A DNA stretch of 32,000 nt from Vibrio alginolyticus NBRC 15630 = ATCC 17749 (GTDB taxonomy: Bacteria; Pseudomonadota; Gammaproteobacteria; Enterobacterales; Vibrionaceae), in NCBI RefSeq assembly GCF_000354175.2, contig NC_022359.1, forward strand, positions 1,140,001 to 1,172,000, read 5' to 3'. The position numbers and the translations under genes are program-made. Within the stretch, counting starts at the first letter, position 1. Every line of letters begins with the position of its first letter. This document shows positions 10,131 through 18,868 of the stretch, piece by piece. The notes under the pieces are model-generated. The model worked only from the letters and a program-made list of their open reading frames with translations, had not been told where the DNA came from and searched no databases.

Positions 10131-10138
10131 ATTAAGAT

Positions 10139-10166
10139 TATATAGCGCTTTTTGGAGCGCTATATA
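10139..10166 (+). other. Perfect 11-bp stem-loop between sulfatase 2 and the maturase gene (no U-tract)
   Basis: tatatagcgct (10139-10149), loop ttttgg, agcgctatata (10156-10166). It is followed by ccca rather than a T-run. Confidence 0.5.
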
Positions 10167-10236
10167 CCCAAATAGCTTCACTTTTGCTGTACAGCGCTCA
10201 CGAGGTTATTTGGGTATATGTAATAGTGAGAAACGT

Positions 10237-11538
10237 ATGAGTAAGATTTCCCCTCGCCATTCTACTACTATGCCTATTGTTCCTCTTAAAACGGCGTCTA
10301 AAGCGCCTGTTCTGGGCGCGTATGACCGTCGATTCCATGTGATGGCAAAGCCAGGCGGAGCAAAGTGCAACATCGATTGTCAGTACTGCTTTTATCTGCA
10401 TAAAGAAAATCTACTGCACCAAGAAAAGCAGCCAAAAATGGACGACGCAACACTGGAAGCGTTCGTGAAAAGCTATATCGAAAGTCAGGATGGCGAAGAA
10501 ATTGTATTCTCATGGCAGGGCGGGGAGCCGACGCTGCTTGGGTTGGACTATTTCCGCAATGTCGTAGCTTTGCAAAAGAAATATCAGCCGAAAGGCGTTC
10601 GCATTGAAAACGACCTTCAGACCAACGGCATTTTGCTAAACGATGAGTGGTGTGCGTTTTTAAAAGAGCACAACTTCCTAGTTGGCTTGTCGATTGATGG
10701 ACCACGAGAGCTGCACGACAAATATCGCAAAACCCGCAGCGGTAAGCCAACGTTTGATCTCGTGATGAAAGCGGTAGATAAGCTCAAAGCGCATGGCGTG
10801 AAATTCAACGCGTTGGTCACGGTGAATCGTCACAATGCGAAATACCCGCTCGAAGTATATCGATTTTTAACCCAAGAATTGGGTGTGACTTATATTCAGT
10901 TTGCGCCGGTGGTAGAAGCCAACAACTTCCAAACAACCGCGCCGCAGTTTTGGAACGAACAGATGATCCCAACCAAAGGCAGTGATCTGGCTAAACCGGG
11001 GCATCCAATGTCGATTGTAACGGATTGGTCAGTCGATCCTGAAGACTGGGGACGCTTTTTAATGGCGACCTTTGAAGAGTGGGTGAATAACGATCTTGGC
11101 CGTGTGCTGGTTAATCTGTTTGAAACCGCGGTGGCGCAAGTAATGGGGAAACCGTCTCAGCTTTGCGTGACGGCGGAGTTTTGTGGCAAAGGGTTGGCGA
11201 TTGAGCACAATGGCGACGTGTTCAGTTGCGACCACTATGTGTATCCAGAATACAAACTCGCCAACATTCATGAACACTCACTGAATGAAATGGCCTTCTC
11301 TACAAGACAATATACTTTTGGCATCGCAAAACGCGATTCATTGCCGACGTATTGTAAGCAATGCCCTTACTTGCCTTATTGTTGGGGTGAGTGCCCAAAA
11401 AACCGTTTGATCAAAACGCCGAATGGTGAGAGTGGTCTAAACTATTTGTGTTCGGGAATCAAAATGTTCTTTGATTATGCGTTACCGATGTTGGTTGGTC
11501 TTGCACAACTTCTCCAATCTCAAGAACCGCAAAGATAA
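10237..11538 (+). CDS. Anaerobic sulfatase-maturating enzyme (radical SAM/SPASM, AslB/AtsB type)
   Basis: FHVMAKPGGAKCNIDCQYCFY carries the CX3CX2C radical-SAM cluster motif. Cys-rich SPASM-type motifs lie downstream (CVTAEFCGKG...SCDHY and CKQCPYLPYCWGECP). The start is ambiguous: ATG 10237 or 10270. The track start at 10210 is a TTG. Confidence 0.9.
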   Translation: MSKISPRHSTTMPIVPLKTASKAPVLGAYDRRFHVMAKPGGAKCNIDCQYCFYLHKENLLHQEKQPKMDDATLEAFVKSYIESQDGEEIVFSWQGGEPTLLGLDYFRNVVALQKKYQPKGVRIENDLQTNGILLNDEWCAFLKEHNFLVGLSIDGPRELHDKYRKTRSGKPTFDLVMKAVDKLKAHGVKFNALVTVNRHNAKYPLEVYRFLTQELGVTYIQFAPVVEANNFQTTAPQFWNEQMIPTKGSDLAKPGHPMSIVTDWSVDPEDWGRFLMATFEEWVNNDLGRVLVNLFETAVAQVMGKPSQLCVTAEFCGKGLAIEHNGDVFSCDHYVYPEYKLANIHEHSLNEMAFSTRQYTFGIAKRDSLPTYCKQCPYLPYCWGECPKNRLIKTPNGESGLNYLCSGIKMFFDYALPMLVGLAQLLQSQEPQR

Positions 11539-11623
11539 CATAGTGAATATAACCTTAAGTTATTTCATTTGTTCTTATACTTAACTATCGAAAAGACGGC
11601 TTAAACCATTGAAAAGGTATCCT

Positions 11624-12607
11624 ATGAACCACGCACAACAAGCGATAAAAGAACTCATCGAACAAACAGAAAAAAGCGTCATTGGACAAAGCCACGTGGT
11701 TCGAGCTTTAGTCATCGGGTTATTAACAAATGGGCATATTCTACTAGAAGGTTTACCGGGAACGGCAAAAACACGTTCCGTAAAATCGTTGGCGAACTTG
11801 TTAAACACCAGTTTTGGTCGAATCCAGTTTACGCCGGATCTTTTACCATCCGACGTGACGGGTACTGAGGTTTATCAAGAGCTGGAAGGTAAGCCGCAAC
11901 TCCACTTTCAACCAGGGCCAATTTTTAACAGCATTGTACTTGCTGATGAGGTCAACCGTGCACCAGCCAAAGTACAAGCGGCACTGCTTGAAGCCATGGC
12001 CGAAGGCACAATCACAGTAGGCGATAAAACTCACGTATTGCCAGACTTATTTATGGTGCTTGCAACGCAAAACCCTGTAGAGCAAGAGGGCACGTACCCG
12101 CTGCCAGAAGCGCAAATGGACCGCTTTATCATGAAGGTTACCGTCGATTATCCAGAAGATGACGCCGAACGTGACATCATTCGTTTGGTGCGCAGTGAAG
12201 AATTGGGTGCGGAAACCAGCAGCGAAATTATTACGCCAAAACACATCGAGCCAGACGTGGTGCTAGAAGCGCGCCGTCAGTTACCAAACATCTTGGTATC
12301 GGACCTAGTGGAAAACTACATCGTTGCGTTGGTGATGGCGACTCGTAAGCCAGAGCGTTATGCCGATTCAAACTTAGCAAAATGGATTGAGATTGGCTCT
12401 AGTCCTCGTGCTTCCATCGCACTCGACAAATGCGCTCGTGCGTATGCGTGGATGCAAGGACGTGACCATGTGACTCCTGACGATGTGCGTGCCGTGGTTC
12501 CGTCTGTATTGGGCCACCGTTTTTCTTTGACCTACGACGCACTAGCAGACGGAGTCGATCACCAACGAGTCGTACAAGAGCTGCTAGATTGTGTAGAAAT
12601 TGGGTAA
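11624..12607 (+). CDS. MoxR-family AAA+ ATPase
   Basis: Walker A GLPGTAKT, Walker B VLADEVNR, and MoxR-type layout (IGQSHVVRALVIGLL, LATQNPVEQEGTYPLPEAQMDRF). ATG 11624 has an aaagg SD. The track start at 11609 is a TTG. Confidence 0.9.
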   Translation: MNHAQQAIKELIEQTEKSVIGQSHVVRALVIGLLTNGHILLEGLPGTAKTRSVKSLANLLNTSFGRIQFTPDLLPSDVTGTEVYQELEGKPQLHFQPGPIFNSIVLADEVNRAPAKVQAALLEAMAEGTITVGDKTHVLPDLFMVLATQNPVEQEGTYPLPEAQMDRFIMKVTVDYPEDDAERDIIRLVRSEELGAETSSEIITPKHIEPDVVLEARRQLPNILVSDLVENYIVALVMATRKPERYADSNLAKWIEIGSSPRASIALDKCARAYAWMQGRDHVTPDDVRAVVPSVLGHRFSLTYDALADGVDHQRVVQELLDCVEIG

Positions 12608-12619
12608 GTGGGAGGCATT

Positions 12620-13582
12620 ATGGCTAAGCCAACTCTTGCGCCAAAATCACAGGGGATGGATCCCCGTTTGTACTGCGATTATGCTCGTTTAGTACGTCTG
12701 CAAGCACAAGCAGAATCATTCAGTTTACTTCCTCATCTAAAAGCGGGTAGCGTACTCTCTGGCCGACACAATTCGTTGTTTCGCGGTCGTGGATTGAACT
12801 TCGAAGAGCTGCGCCATTACCAATTGGGTGACGATATTCGTAACCTTGATTGGAAAGTTACGATGCGTACAGGTAAGCCGCACGTGCGCAGCTATACAGA
12901 AGAAAAAGATCGCAACGTAATCGTGTGTGTCGACCAGAGAAGCACAATGTTTTTTGCTTCGACGCAAGTAATGAAATCAGTTGTCGCGGCAGAGATCGCA
13001 GCGATGTGTGGGTGGCGAGTATTAAAAGATGGCGACCGAGTCGGTTTTGTCATCGCATCCCCGCAGGCGTTGTTTCACAGCAAGGCACAGCGTTCGCAAA
13101 ACGATCTTCTGGCGCAACTTAAACGTCTCGCTAAAGCCAATCAATCGCTCAATGTGGACTCCTGCAATTCCGAAAAAGTAACGTTCAGTCAATGGATTGA
13201 GCTTATTAAACGCATGAAGCTCAAGCAATCCACTTTGATTTTTATCAGCGACTGGAGCGACTGCGAGGAGCACCACCTTGATCACCTTAAACAGCTACAA
13301 CAGCACAACGATGTTCTTGCAGTGATGGTCAGTGACCCATTAGAACAAGCGCTACCAGACGATTTGGCAAAATCGAAATGGGTGGTTGGTGACGGGCAGT
13401 ATCAACTCAATTTAGACAGCAAAGCAAAGGTAGAAGCTGCGAGCGCAAAGCTTGAGGCTCGAACTAGCTTACAGCGTCAATCACTCTCTCAACTTATGGC
13501 GATGAAACACCTTCCGCACATCGAACTCGATACGACAGGTGAGCACATTAAACAATTCCAAAAACTGGTAGGAGGGCGTTAA
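12620..13582 (+). CDS. DUF58-family protein (MoxR-associated)
   Basis: The typical DUF58 core is present (FRGRGLNFEELRHYQLGDDIRNLDWKVTMRTGKPHVRSY). ggagg SD lies 4 nt before ATG 12620, immediately after the moxR stop. Confidence 0.85.
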   Translation: MAKPTLAPKSQGMDPRLYCDYARLVRLQAQAESFSLLPHLKAGSVLSGRHNSLFRGRGLNFEELRHYQLGDDIRNLDWKVTMRTGKPHVRSYTEEKDRNVIVCVDQRSTMFFASTQVMKSVVAAEIAAMCGWRVLKDGDRVGFVIASPQALFHSKAQRSQNDLLAQLKRLAKANQSLNVDSCNSEKVTFSQWIELIKRMKLKQSTLIFISDWSDCEEHHLDHLKQLQQHNDVLAVMVSDPLEQALPDDLAKSKWVVGDGQYQLNLDSKAKVEAASAKLEARTSLQRQSLSQLMAMKHLPHIELDTTGEHIKQFQKLVGGR

Positions 13583-14161
13583 ATGAGTGATCTTCCTACG
13601 CCTCCAAGTACCTACATACTCAGAGAGCTGCATGATGTGGCCGTACCATCTAGCGTGAGTTGGTACCCGCAAACTATTGGCTGGAAAATTTTAGCGGCGG
13701 TTGCGTTCATTGCATTGGTATATTTCGCATATCGCTTGGCTCGGCAATGGTGGCATAATCGTTACCGAAAAGAAGCTCTACTGGCGATTTCGCAAATCAA
13801 CCCGAGCGACAAAGACATGCCAAAAGTATTGTTCTCTGTGCTTAAAATAGTGCTGATTCATATTGATAGCCGCAACGCGAAATTGTTTGATACCGCCTTT
13901 CTGCGCAAGCTCGATGCGCTGTATCCGCAAACCAGAGACTCTCAAGCAAACTCGCAAATGGTTTTTAACGATGAGCTTTCAAAGTGCTGGCTACAAAGTA
14001 TTGTTGACCCAAGCGTTACGCTAACCAACGAAGAGCGAGTAACGCTTATTGCTCGTGCGAAAAACTGGGTGAGTGAGCACCGTTGTGATGCTCAAAAAAG
14101 CGCGGCAAATAAATCACCACGATTGAAACGCAAAGCACATCAGGGAGGTCAACATGAATGA
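13583..14161 (+). CDS. DUF4381-like single-pass membrane protein
   Basis: The N-terminal pattern (WYPQTIGWKILAAVAFIALVYFAYRLARQWWHNRYRKEALLAI) matches the DUF4381 signature as I know it. taaATG abuts DUF58, and its stop overlaps the next start (ATGAATGA). Confidence 0.7.
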   Translation: MSDLPTPPSTYILRELHDVAVPSSVSWYPQTIGWKILAAVAFIALVYFAYRLARQWWHNRYRKEALLAISQINPSDKDMPKVLFSVLKIVLIHIDSRNAKLFDTAFLRKLDALYPQTRDSQANSQMVFNDELSKCWLQSIVDPSVTLTNEERVTLIARAKNWVSEHRCDAQKSAANKSPRLKRKAHQGGQHE

Positions 14162-15224
14162 TCTTCTTGCATCGATAACTGGTTTGTCTGGTTTTGAATT
14201 TACTCACCCAATGTGGTTTCTGGTTTTGCCCTTGCCGTTGGTGGTGTACTACTTGGTGCCTGCATATCGCACTAAGCAAATGGCGATCAAAGTGCCGTTT
14301 TTTAGTCAGCTGGTGGAAGCGATTGGCGAGACGCCATCAGAAGGTGCAAGCCAGTTGACCCCGAGTTGGTGGCAACGAGCAACGTTAATTCTTTCATGGC
14401 TTTTGGTGGTGTGTGCGATGGCAAAACCCACCGTGTTAGGCGAGCCTCAAGTTCGCGAGAGTTTAGGCCGCGATGTGATGGTGGTGGTGGATCTTTCGGG
14501 CTCCATGGCCGAGCCAGATTTCACCTCACGTACAGGCGAAAAAATTTCTCGTCTTGATGCGGCAAAAGAAGTGCTGTCGGAGTTTGTTCAGTCTCGTAAA
14601 GGTGACCGATTAGGCTTGGTGCTTTTTGGTGATGCTGCTTTCGTGCAAACGCCATTTACCGCAGACCAAAAAGTGTGGCTCGAACTGCTTAACCAAACCG
14701 ATGTGGCAATGGCAGGGCAGAGTACCCATCTTGGTGATGCGATTGGCTTAGCGATTAAAGTTTTTGAGCAAAGCGATAAGTCGCGTAGTGCTTTAGAACA
14801 AGACCAAAACCGTGAAAAAGTCGCGATTGTATTAACCGATGGTAACGACACGGGCAGTTTTGTTGAACCGATTGATGCGGCGAAAGTTGCGAAAGCCAAA
14901 GGCGTGAGAGTACACGTCATTGCGATGGGCGATCCGGAAACGATAGGTGAAACCGCGTTGGATATGGACACGATTCATCGCATTGCGAAAGAATCCGGCG
15001 GTGAAGCGTTTGAAGCACTCAACCGTGATGAACTATCGGCTGCCTACGACGAAATTGGCAAACTGGAACCTCAACTTTACGAAAGCACTACATACCGCCC
15101 AAAACAAAGCCTTCATCATTACTTGATGGCGTTAGTGGTCATCATGCATTTGCTCGCGTTCAGCGTCGCAACACTCAAAAGAAGGGCTGTTACACGATCA
15201 TCATTAGGAGAGAGCGATGTTTGA
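14154..15224 (+). CDS. VWA-domain membrane protein, BatA-like
   Basis: BatA-type N-terminus (FEFTHPMWFLVLPLPLVV), VWA MIDAS motif (VVVDLSGSM) and a C-terminal TM segment. It overlaps both neighbouring genes by 8 nt. Confidence 0.85.
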   Translation: MNDLLASITGLSGFEFTHPMWFLVLPLPLVVYYLVPAYRTKQMAIKVPFFSQLVEAIGETPSEGASQLTPSWWQRATLILSWLLVVCAMAKPTVLGEPQVRESLGRDVMVVVDLSGSMAEPDFTSRTGEKISRLDAAKEVLSEFVQSRKGDRLGLVLFGDAAFVQTPFTADQKVWLELLNQTDVAMAGQSTHLGDAIGLAIKVFEQSDKSRSALEQDQNREKVAIVLTDGNDTGSFVEPIDAAKVAKAKGVRVHVIAMGDPETIGETALDMDTIHRIAKESGGEAFEALNRDELSAAYDEIGKLEPQLYESTTYRPKQSLHHYLMALVVIMHLLAFSVATLKRRAVTRSSLGESDV

Positions 15225-16947
15225 TTCTCTTAGTTGGACGCAATTCTTTACGCAGTTTCATTTTATTCGACCACAGTGGTTACTGGCTTTGGTCCCCATG
15301 TTTTTCTTGGTGTGGTTACGCTGGCGAGAAGAAAGCAAGCCAAGCTGGAAGGATATTCTGCCCGAACATTTACGCAATGCTTTGACGATAGGTGAGCGAG
15401 GCTGGCGTAAGCAACTGCCGCTTAAGCTCTTGATGCTGATTGTGTTCATCGCCATTGTGATTTGTGCAGGCCCAACGTGGCAACGTGAATCTTCCCCCTT
15501 TGGCGAAGATAAAGCCTCTATGCTTGTGGTGCTTGATAACAGTGACTCGATGCTGCAAAAAGATCTCCCACCAAGCCGCCTTGAGCGTTCCAAACAGAAA
15601 ATACGCGATTTGCTAGCCGCGCGAAAAGGCGGAAAAACGGGTTTAGTCGTGTTCGCGGGCAGTGCTCATGTCGCGATGCCTATAACTCAAGACAGCAAAG
15701 TATTTGACCCGTTTTTGGCGGCCATTACGCCAGAAATTATGCCCGTGCAAGGTAAGCTTGCCGAAAAAGCATTGCCGTTAATTGACCAACAATTGCAAGG
15801 TCAACCAGGCTCCACTGTTCTGTTGGTGAGTGATGGCGTTAATCCAGCCACGATTGAGCAATACCAAGCGTATTTCTCGGGCAAACCTTATCAACTGTTA
15901 ATTCTTGCGGCAGGGAATGCTGACATTGTGAGTAACAACCCAATGGATTTGGATTCTCTACAAAAACTGGCTAGTCAGACTAACGGTCGATTGGTGGAAG
16001 TGACCGTCGATAATAGTGATATCGAGCAACTGAATCGATACGTTGAGCGCAATATGCAGCTTAATGGCGAATCTTCAATGCCTTGGAAAGACATGGGGTA
16101 TCAACTTCTGTTCCCAATCGCGCTGATCATGATGCTGTGGTTTAGAAAAGGGTGGTTAGTGCAGTGGTGCGTGATTGTAATGGTGAGCGGCACGTTATTG
16201 ATGCCAACAAGTGCATTGGCCGAGAACATTTCAGTTAAAGCCGAGCAGCCACAAGTTGTGCAAAAAGTGACGGCTTTCGACAAGGTGACGCAATGGTGGT
16301 GGGATTTGTGGCTAACGCCAGATCAACAAGGACAGCGTTTGTTCAACCAACAAGCGTATTTAGAAGCCGCGAAACACTTTGTCGATCCATTACGCAAAGG
16401 GACGGCGTACTACTACGCTAGCGAGTTTGAACTCGCCCACAGTGCGTTTTTGGAAATGCAAAACGACCCGTCCGAAGAGGTTCGAGATTACGGTCTTTAT
16501 AATGCGGCGAGTGCATTGGCGCGTCAGCGTGAATATTTGGCTGCACGTGACTTGTTAAAATCCCTAGCCAACAAGCCAACATTAAGCGAGAGGCTAAGAC
16601 CGGATGTTGAGCATAACTTGAAAGTGATTGGTGGTATTGTAGAGGACATCAACCGGATGAGTGAGAGTCAGGCAGGAACGGAGCAAGAAGCATCAACCGA
16701 GCTAGGCGATAACCCTCAAACCGCAGAAGGGGCGGATGAAAAAACGTCAGCGGAGTTGATGATTAAAGAGACGTTAAGTGCAGACGACATCTTAGGTAGC
16801 CAAGAATTAGCCGACAAATGGTTAAAGCGAGTCGAAGCGGATCCTAAATACTTCTTAAATGCGAAGTTTCAGATTCAATTGCGTTCAATAGAAACCGGAG
16901 AATCAACTTCTACTGCGAACGAAAATACAGAGGAGGCGGTGCAATGA
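15217..16947 (+). CDS. VWA-domain plus TPR-like membrane protein, BatB(/BatC-fused)-like
   Basis: N-terminal TMs, VWA MIDAS (VVLDNSDSM), central TMs, then a helical-repeat/TPR-like region (AYLEAAKHF...YYYASEFELAHSAFLEM...YNAASALARQREYLAARDLL) and an acidic tail. The stop overlaps the next start (ATGA). Confidence 0.8.
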   Translation: MFDSLSWTQFFTQFHFIRPQWLLALVPMFFLVWLRWREESKPSWKDILPEHLRNALTIGERGWRKQLPLKLLMLIVFIAIVICAGPTWQRESSPFGEDKASMLVVLDNSDSMLQKDLPPSRLERSKQKIRDLLAARKGGKTGLVVFAGSAHVAMPITQDSKVFDPFLAAITPEIMPVQGKLAEKALPLIDQQLQGQPGSTVLLVSDGVNPATIEQYQAYFSGKPYQLLILAAGNADIVSNNPMDLDSLQKLASQTNGRLVEVTVDNSDIEQLNRYVERNMQLNGESSMPWKDMGYQLLFPIALIMMLWFRKGWLVQWCVIVMVSGTLLMPTSALAENISVKAEQPQVVQKVTAFDKVTQWWWDLWLTPDQQGQRLFNQQAYLEAAKHFVDPLRKGTAYYYASEFELAHSAFLEMQNDPSEEVRDYGLYNAASALARQREYLAARDLLKSLANKPTLSERLRPDVEHNLKVIGGIVEDINRMSESQAGTEQEASTELGDNPQTAEGADEKTSAELMIKETLSADDILGSQELADKWLKRVEADPKYFLNAKFQIQLRSIETGESTSTANENTEEAVQ

Positions 16948-18245
16948 TGAAAAGCCACCGTTTTACGCCCTTTGCTTTACCCTTGTGGTTAGTTATCTGT
17001 TTCGGTTTCCTCCTGAGCAGTAGTGTGTTGGCTCAAGATATTCGTGACGTTCAACGAGAGCATGGTGTAGAGTTACTAGCGTGGGTTGGTAAACAACCAA
17101 CGGCTGGGGAGAAGCGTAAAACACCAAGTTTTAGCGTCAATGAGCAAGTTATTTTAACCATCGAAGTGGCAACGCCGCGTTGGTTTACGGGTGGTACGAG
17201 AATTGGCAATATTGAAATACCCAATGTTATCGCCAAACAGCGTAATCAACTAGCAACCAACTTTACTGAGCAAAAAGAGGGACAAACTTGGTCGCGTCAA
17301 CGCTGGGAAGTGACTTTGTATCCACAAGCATCTGGTGATTTTGTGATTCCACCTGTCGCTGTGGGCGTTCAGGTGTCGGCGCCGGATGGCGAGAAGGTGT
17401 CAGGCACACTTTATACGCAGCCGATTAAGTTCAAAACTGTCTTGCCATCGGGATTGTTGAGCGGTGATACGCCTTGGTTTTCTGCAACGCACGTAGACGT
17501 AAAACAAGAGTGGGAAACCTCCACTGAGTCACTCAAAGTTGGGGATGCAATCACGCGTAAAATCACCATTTTGGCTCATGATTCGCTATCTGTGTTGCTA
17601 CCAGACTTGTTGAAAGGAGAATCAACAACCCGTTACCAAGCGTATCCTCAACCGCACCGTCTTACAGATACGCAAACACGTGGTGACTACCAGTCAACAC
17701 GCACAGAAGAGAGTGTGTACGTGATTCAACAAGGTGGTGAATTAACCCTGCCAGATTATGAGTTCCGTTGGTGGAACAGTAAGACTCAACAAGTGGAAAC
17801 GGTGGTGTTAGAGGGCAAAACATTTGCTGCGAAGCACACGTTGAAATCCTTCATCAAAACGTACTTTGCATGGATTGTATCCACGCTTGTATTTCTGGGT
17901 TTTGTGATTATTTCATTGGTAGCCATTAAACGTTACTACCGCAACAGACCGACACCAGCATGGCTGACGTTCCACCGTTTGTTAAAGGCTAAACGTTGGT
18001 CTGAAGCAAGGACCATATTGTACAAACAATTGCGTTTAAATACGGCCGAGCTAGAAATGACCAAAGCCGATACGAGTGAATCGTGGCAAAAAAGTGCGTC
18101 GCGAATGCAAAATGGTGAAAATAGCGCTCATTTACTGAAGTCGATGTGGCGCAAAGTCCAGACCAAACAAAAACGCTTTAAATTCCGTATTCCGCGAGCG
18201 TTACCAGAACTGGACAAAGTCATTGGAAGAGATGGCAATGAATAA
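16944..18245 (+). CDS. BatD-like (oxygen-tolerance family) membrane-anchored protein
   Basis: Signal peptide, a long beta-rich ectodomain, one C-terminal TM (YFAWIVSTLVFLGFVIISLVAI) and a basic tail. It is the last gene of the Bat-type operon. Confidence 0.75.
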   Translation: MMKSHRFTPFALPLWLVICFGFLLSSSVLAQDIRDVQREHGVELLAWVGKQPTAGEKRKTPSFSVNEQVILTIEVATPRWFTGGTRIGNIEIPNVIAKQRNQLATNFTEQKEGQTWSRQRWEVTLYPQASGDFVIPPVAVGVQVSAPDGEKVSGTLYTQPIKFKTVLPSGLLSGDTPWFSATHVDVKQEWETSTESLKVGDAITRKITILAHDSLSVLLPDLLKGESTTRYQAYPQPHRLTDTQTRGDYQSTRTEESVYVIQQGGELTLPDYEFRWWNSKTQQVETVVLEGKTFAAKHTLKSFIKTYFAWIVSTLVFLGFVIISLVAIKRYYRNRPTPAWLTFHRLLKAKRWSEARTILYKQLRLNTAELEMTKADTSESWQKSASRMQNGENSAHLLKSMWRKVQTKQKRFKFRIPRALPELDKVIGRDGNE

Positions 18246-18247
18246 AA

Positions 18248-18275
18248 CGGGGCGCTAATATAGCGCCTCGTTTTT
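18248..18275 (+). terminator. Rho-independent terminator of the MoxR/Bat operon
   Basis: Stem cggggcgcta (18248-18257) pairs with tagcgcctcg (18261-18270), including one G:U pair. Loop is ata, followed by T5. Confidence 0.8.
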
Positions 18276-18294
18276 ATTAGAGAATAGAGTTCAA

Positions 18295-18720
18295 ATGAGC
18301 CAAGAGTTTATGCGCCGCGCATTGGAAGTGTCCAAAAATGCGCTTCCTGAATGTCAACCCAACCCGCCGGTTGGCTGCGTGTTAGTGAAAGACAATCAAA
18401 TCGTTTCTGAAGGTCATACTCAAGCGATTGGTGGCAATCACGCGGAAGTGGAAGCGCTGAATGCGTATCAAGGCTCGTTAGAATCGGTGACGGCATACGT
18501 TACGCTGGAACCGTGTTCGTTTGTTGGTCGCACGCCAGCTTGCGCGGTGACATTAGTCAAATCCGGCATAAGCAAAGTCGTCGTAGCCATATTGGACCCC
18601 GACCCGCGCAACAGTGGTCGAGGTATCGAGATTCTAAAACAAGCAGGTATAGAGGTAGAAACGGGTTTGTGCGGCGAGGAAGTCAGCGAGTTTCTTACCC
18701 CTTACCTAGGCAAAGCCTAA
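18295..18720 (+). CDS. Stand-alone RibD-type (CDA-fold) zinc deaminase domain protein
   Basis: HAEVEAL and TLEPCSFVGRTPAC zinc-binding motifs are present. It is colinear with the N-terminal deaminase half of RibD (NPPVGCVLVKD...). At 141 aa it has no reductase domain. Confidence 0.8.
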   Translation: MSQEFMRRALEVSKNALPECQPNPPVGCVLVKDNQIVSEGHTQAIGGNHAEVEALNAYQGSLESVTAYVTLEPCSFVGRTPACAVTLVKSGISKVVVAILDPDPRNSGRGIEILKQAGIEVETGLCGEEVSEFLTPYLGKA

Positions 18721-18868
18721 GTCAAGCTTTACGTTGCACTATGGTGCCAGTTTATGTGGTGAATGAAGTGCGTCAAAATTGAGTTAAAACTCATTAAAAC
18801 AAGCGATACCGCCCATTTATTGCACTTGGCTACGTGAAGGATCATGCTGTTAGATTAAAATAGAGAAA

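Noticed and set aside
10210-10236. N-terminal extensions in the ORF track using TTG/GTG starts: 10210, 11609, 12608, 21807 and 30293.
   Set aside because: In each case a downstream in-frame ATG gives an N-terminus matching the family norm, and in four of the five it also has a better SD. At 10237 the SD is weak and ATG 10270 remains an alternative. I moved the starts accordingly, and they remain unverified.
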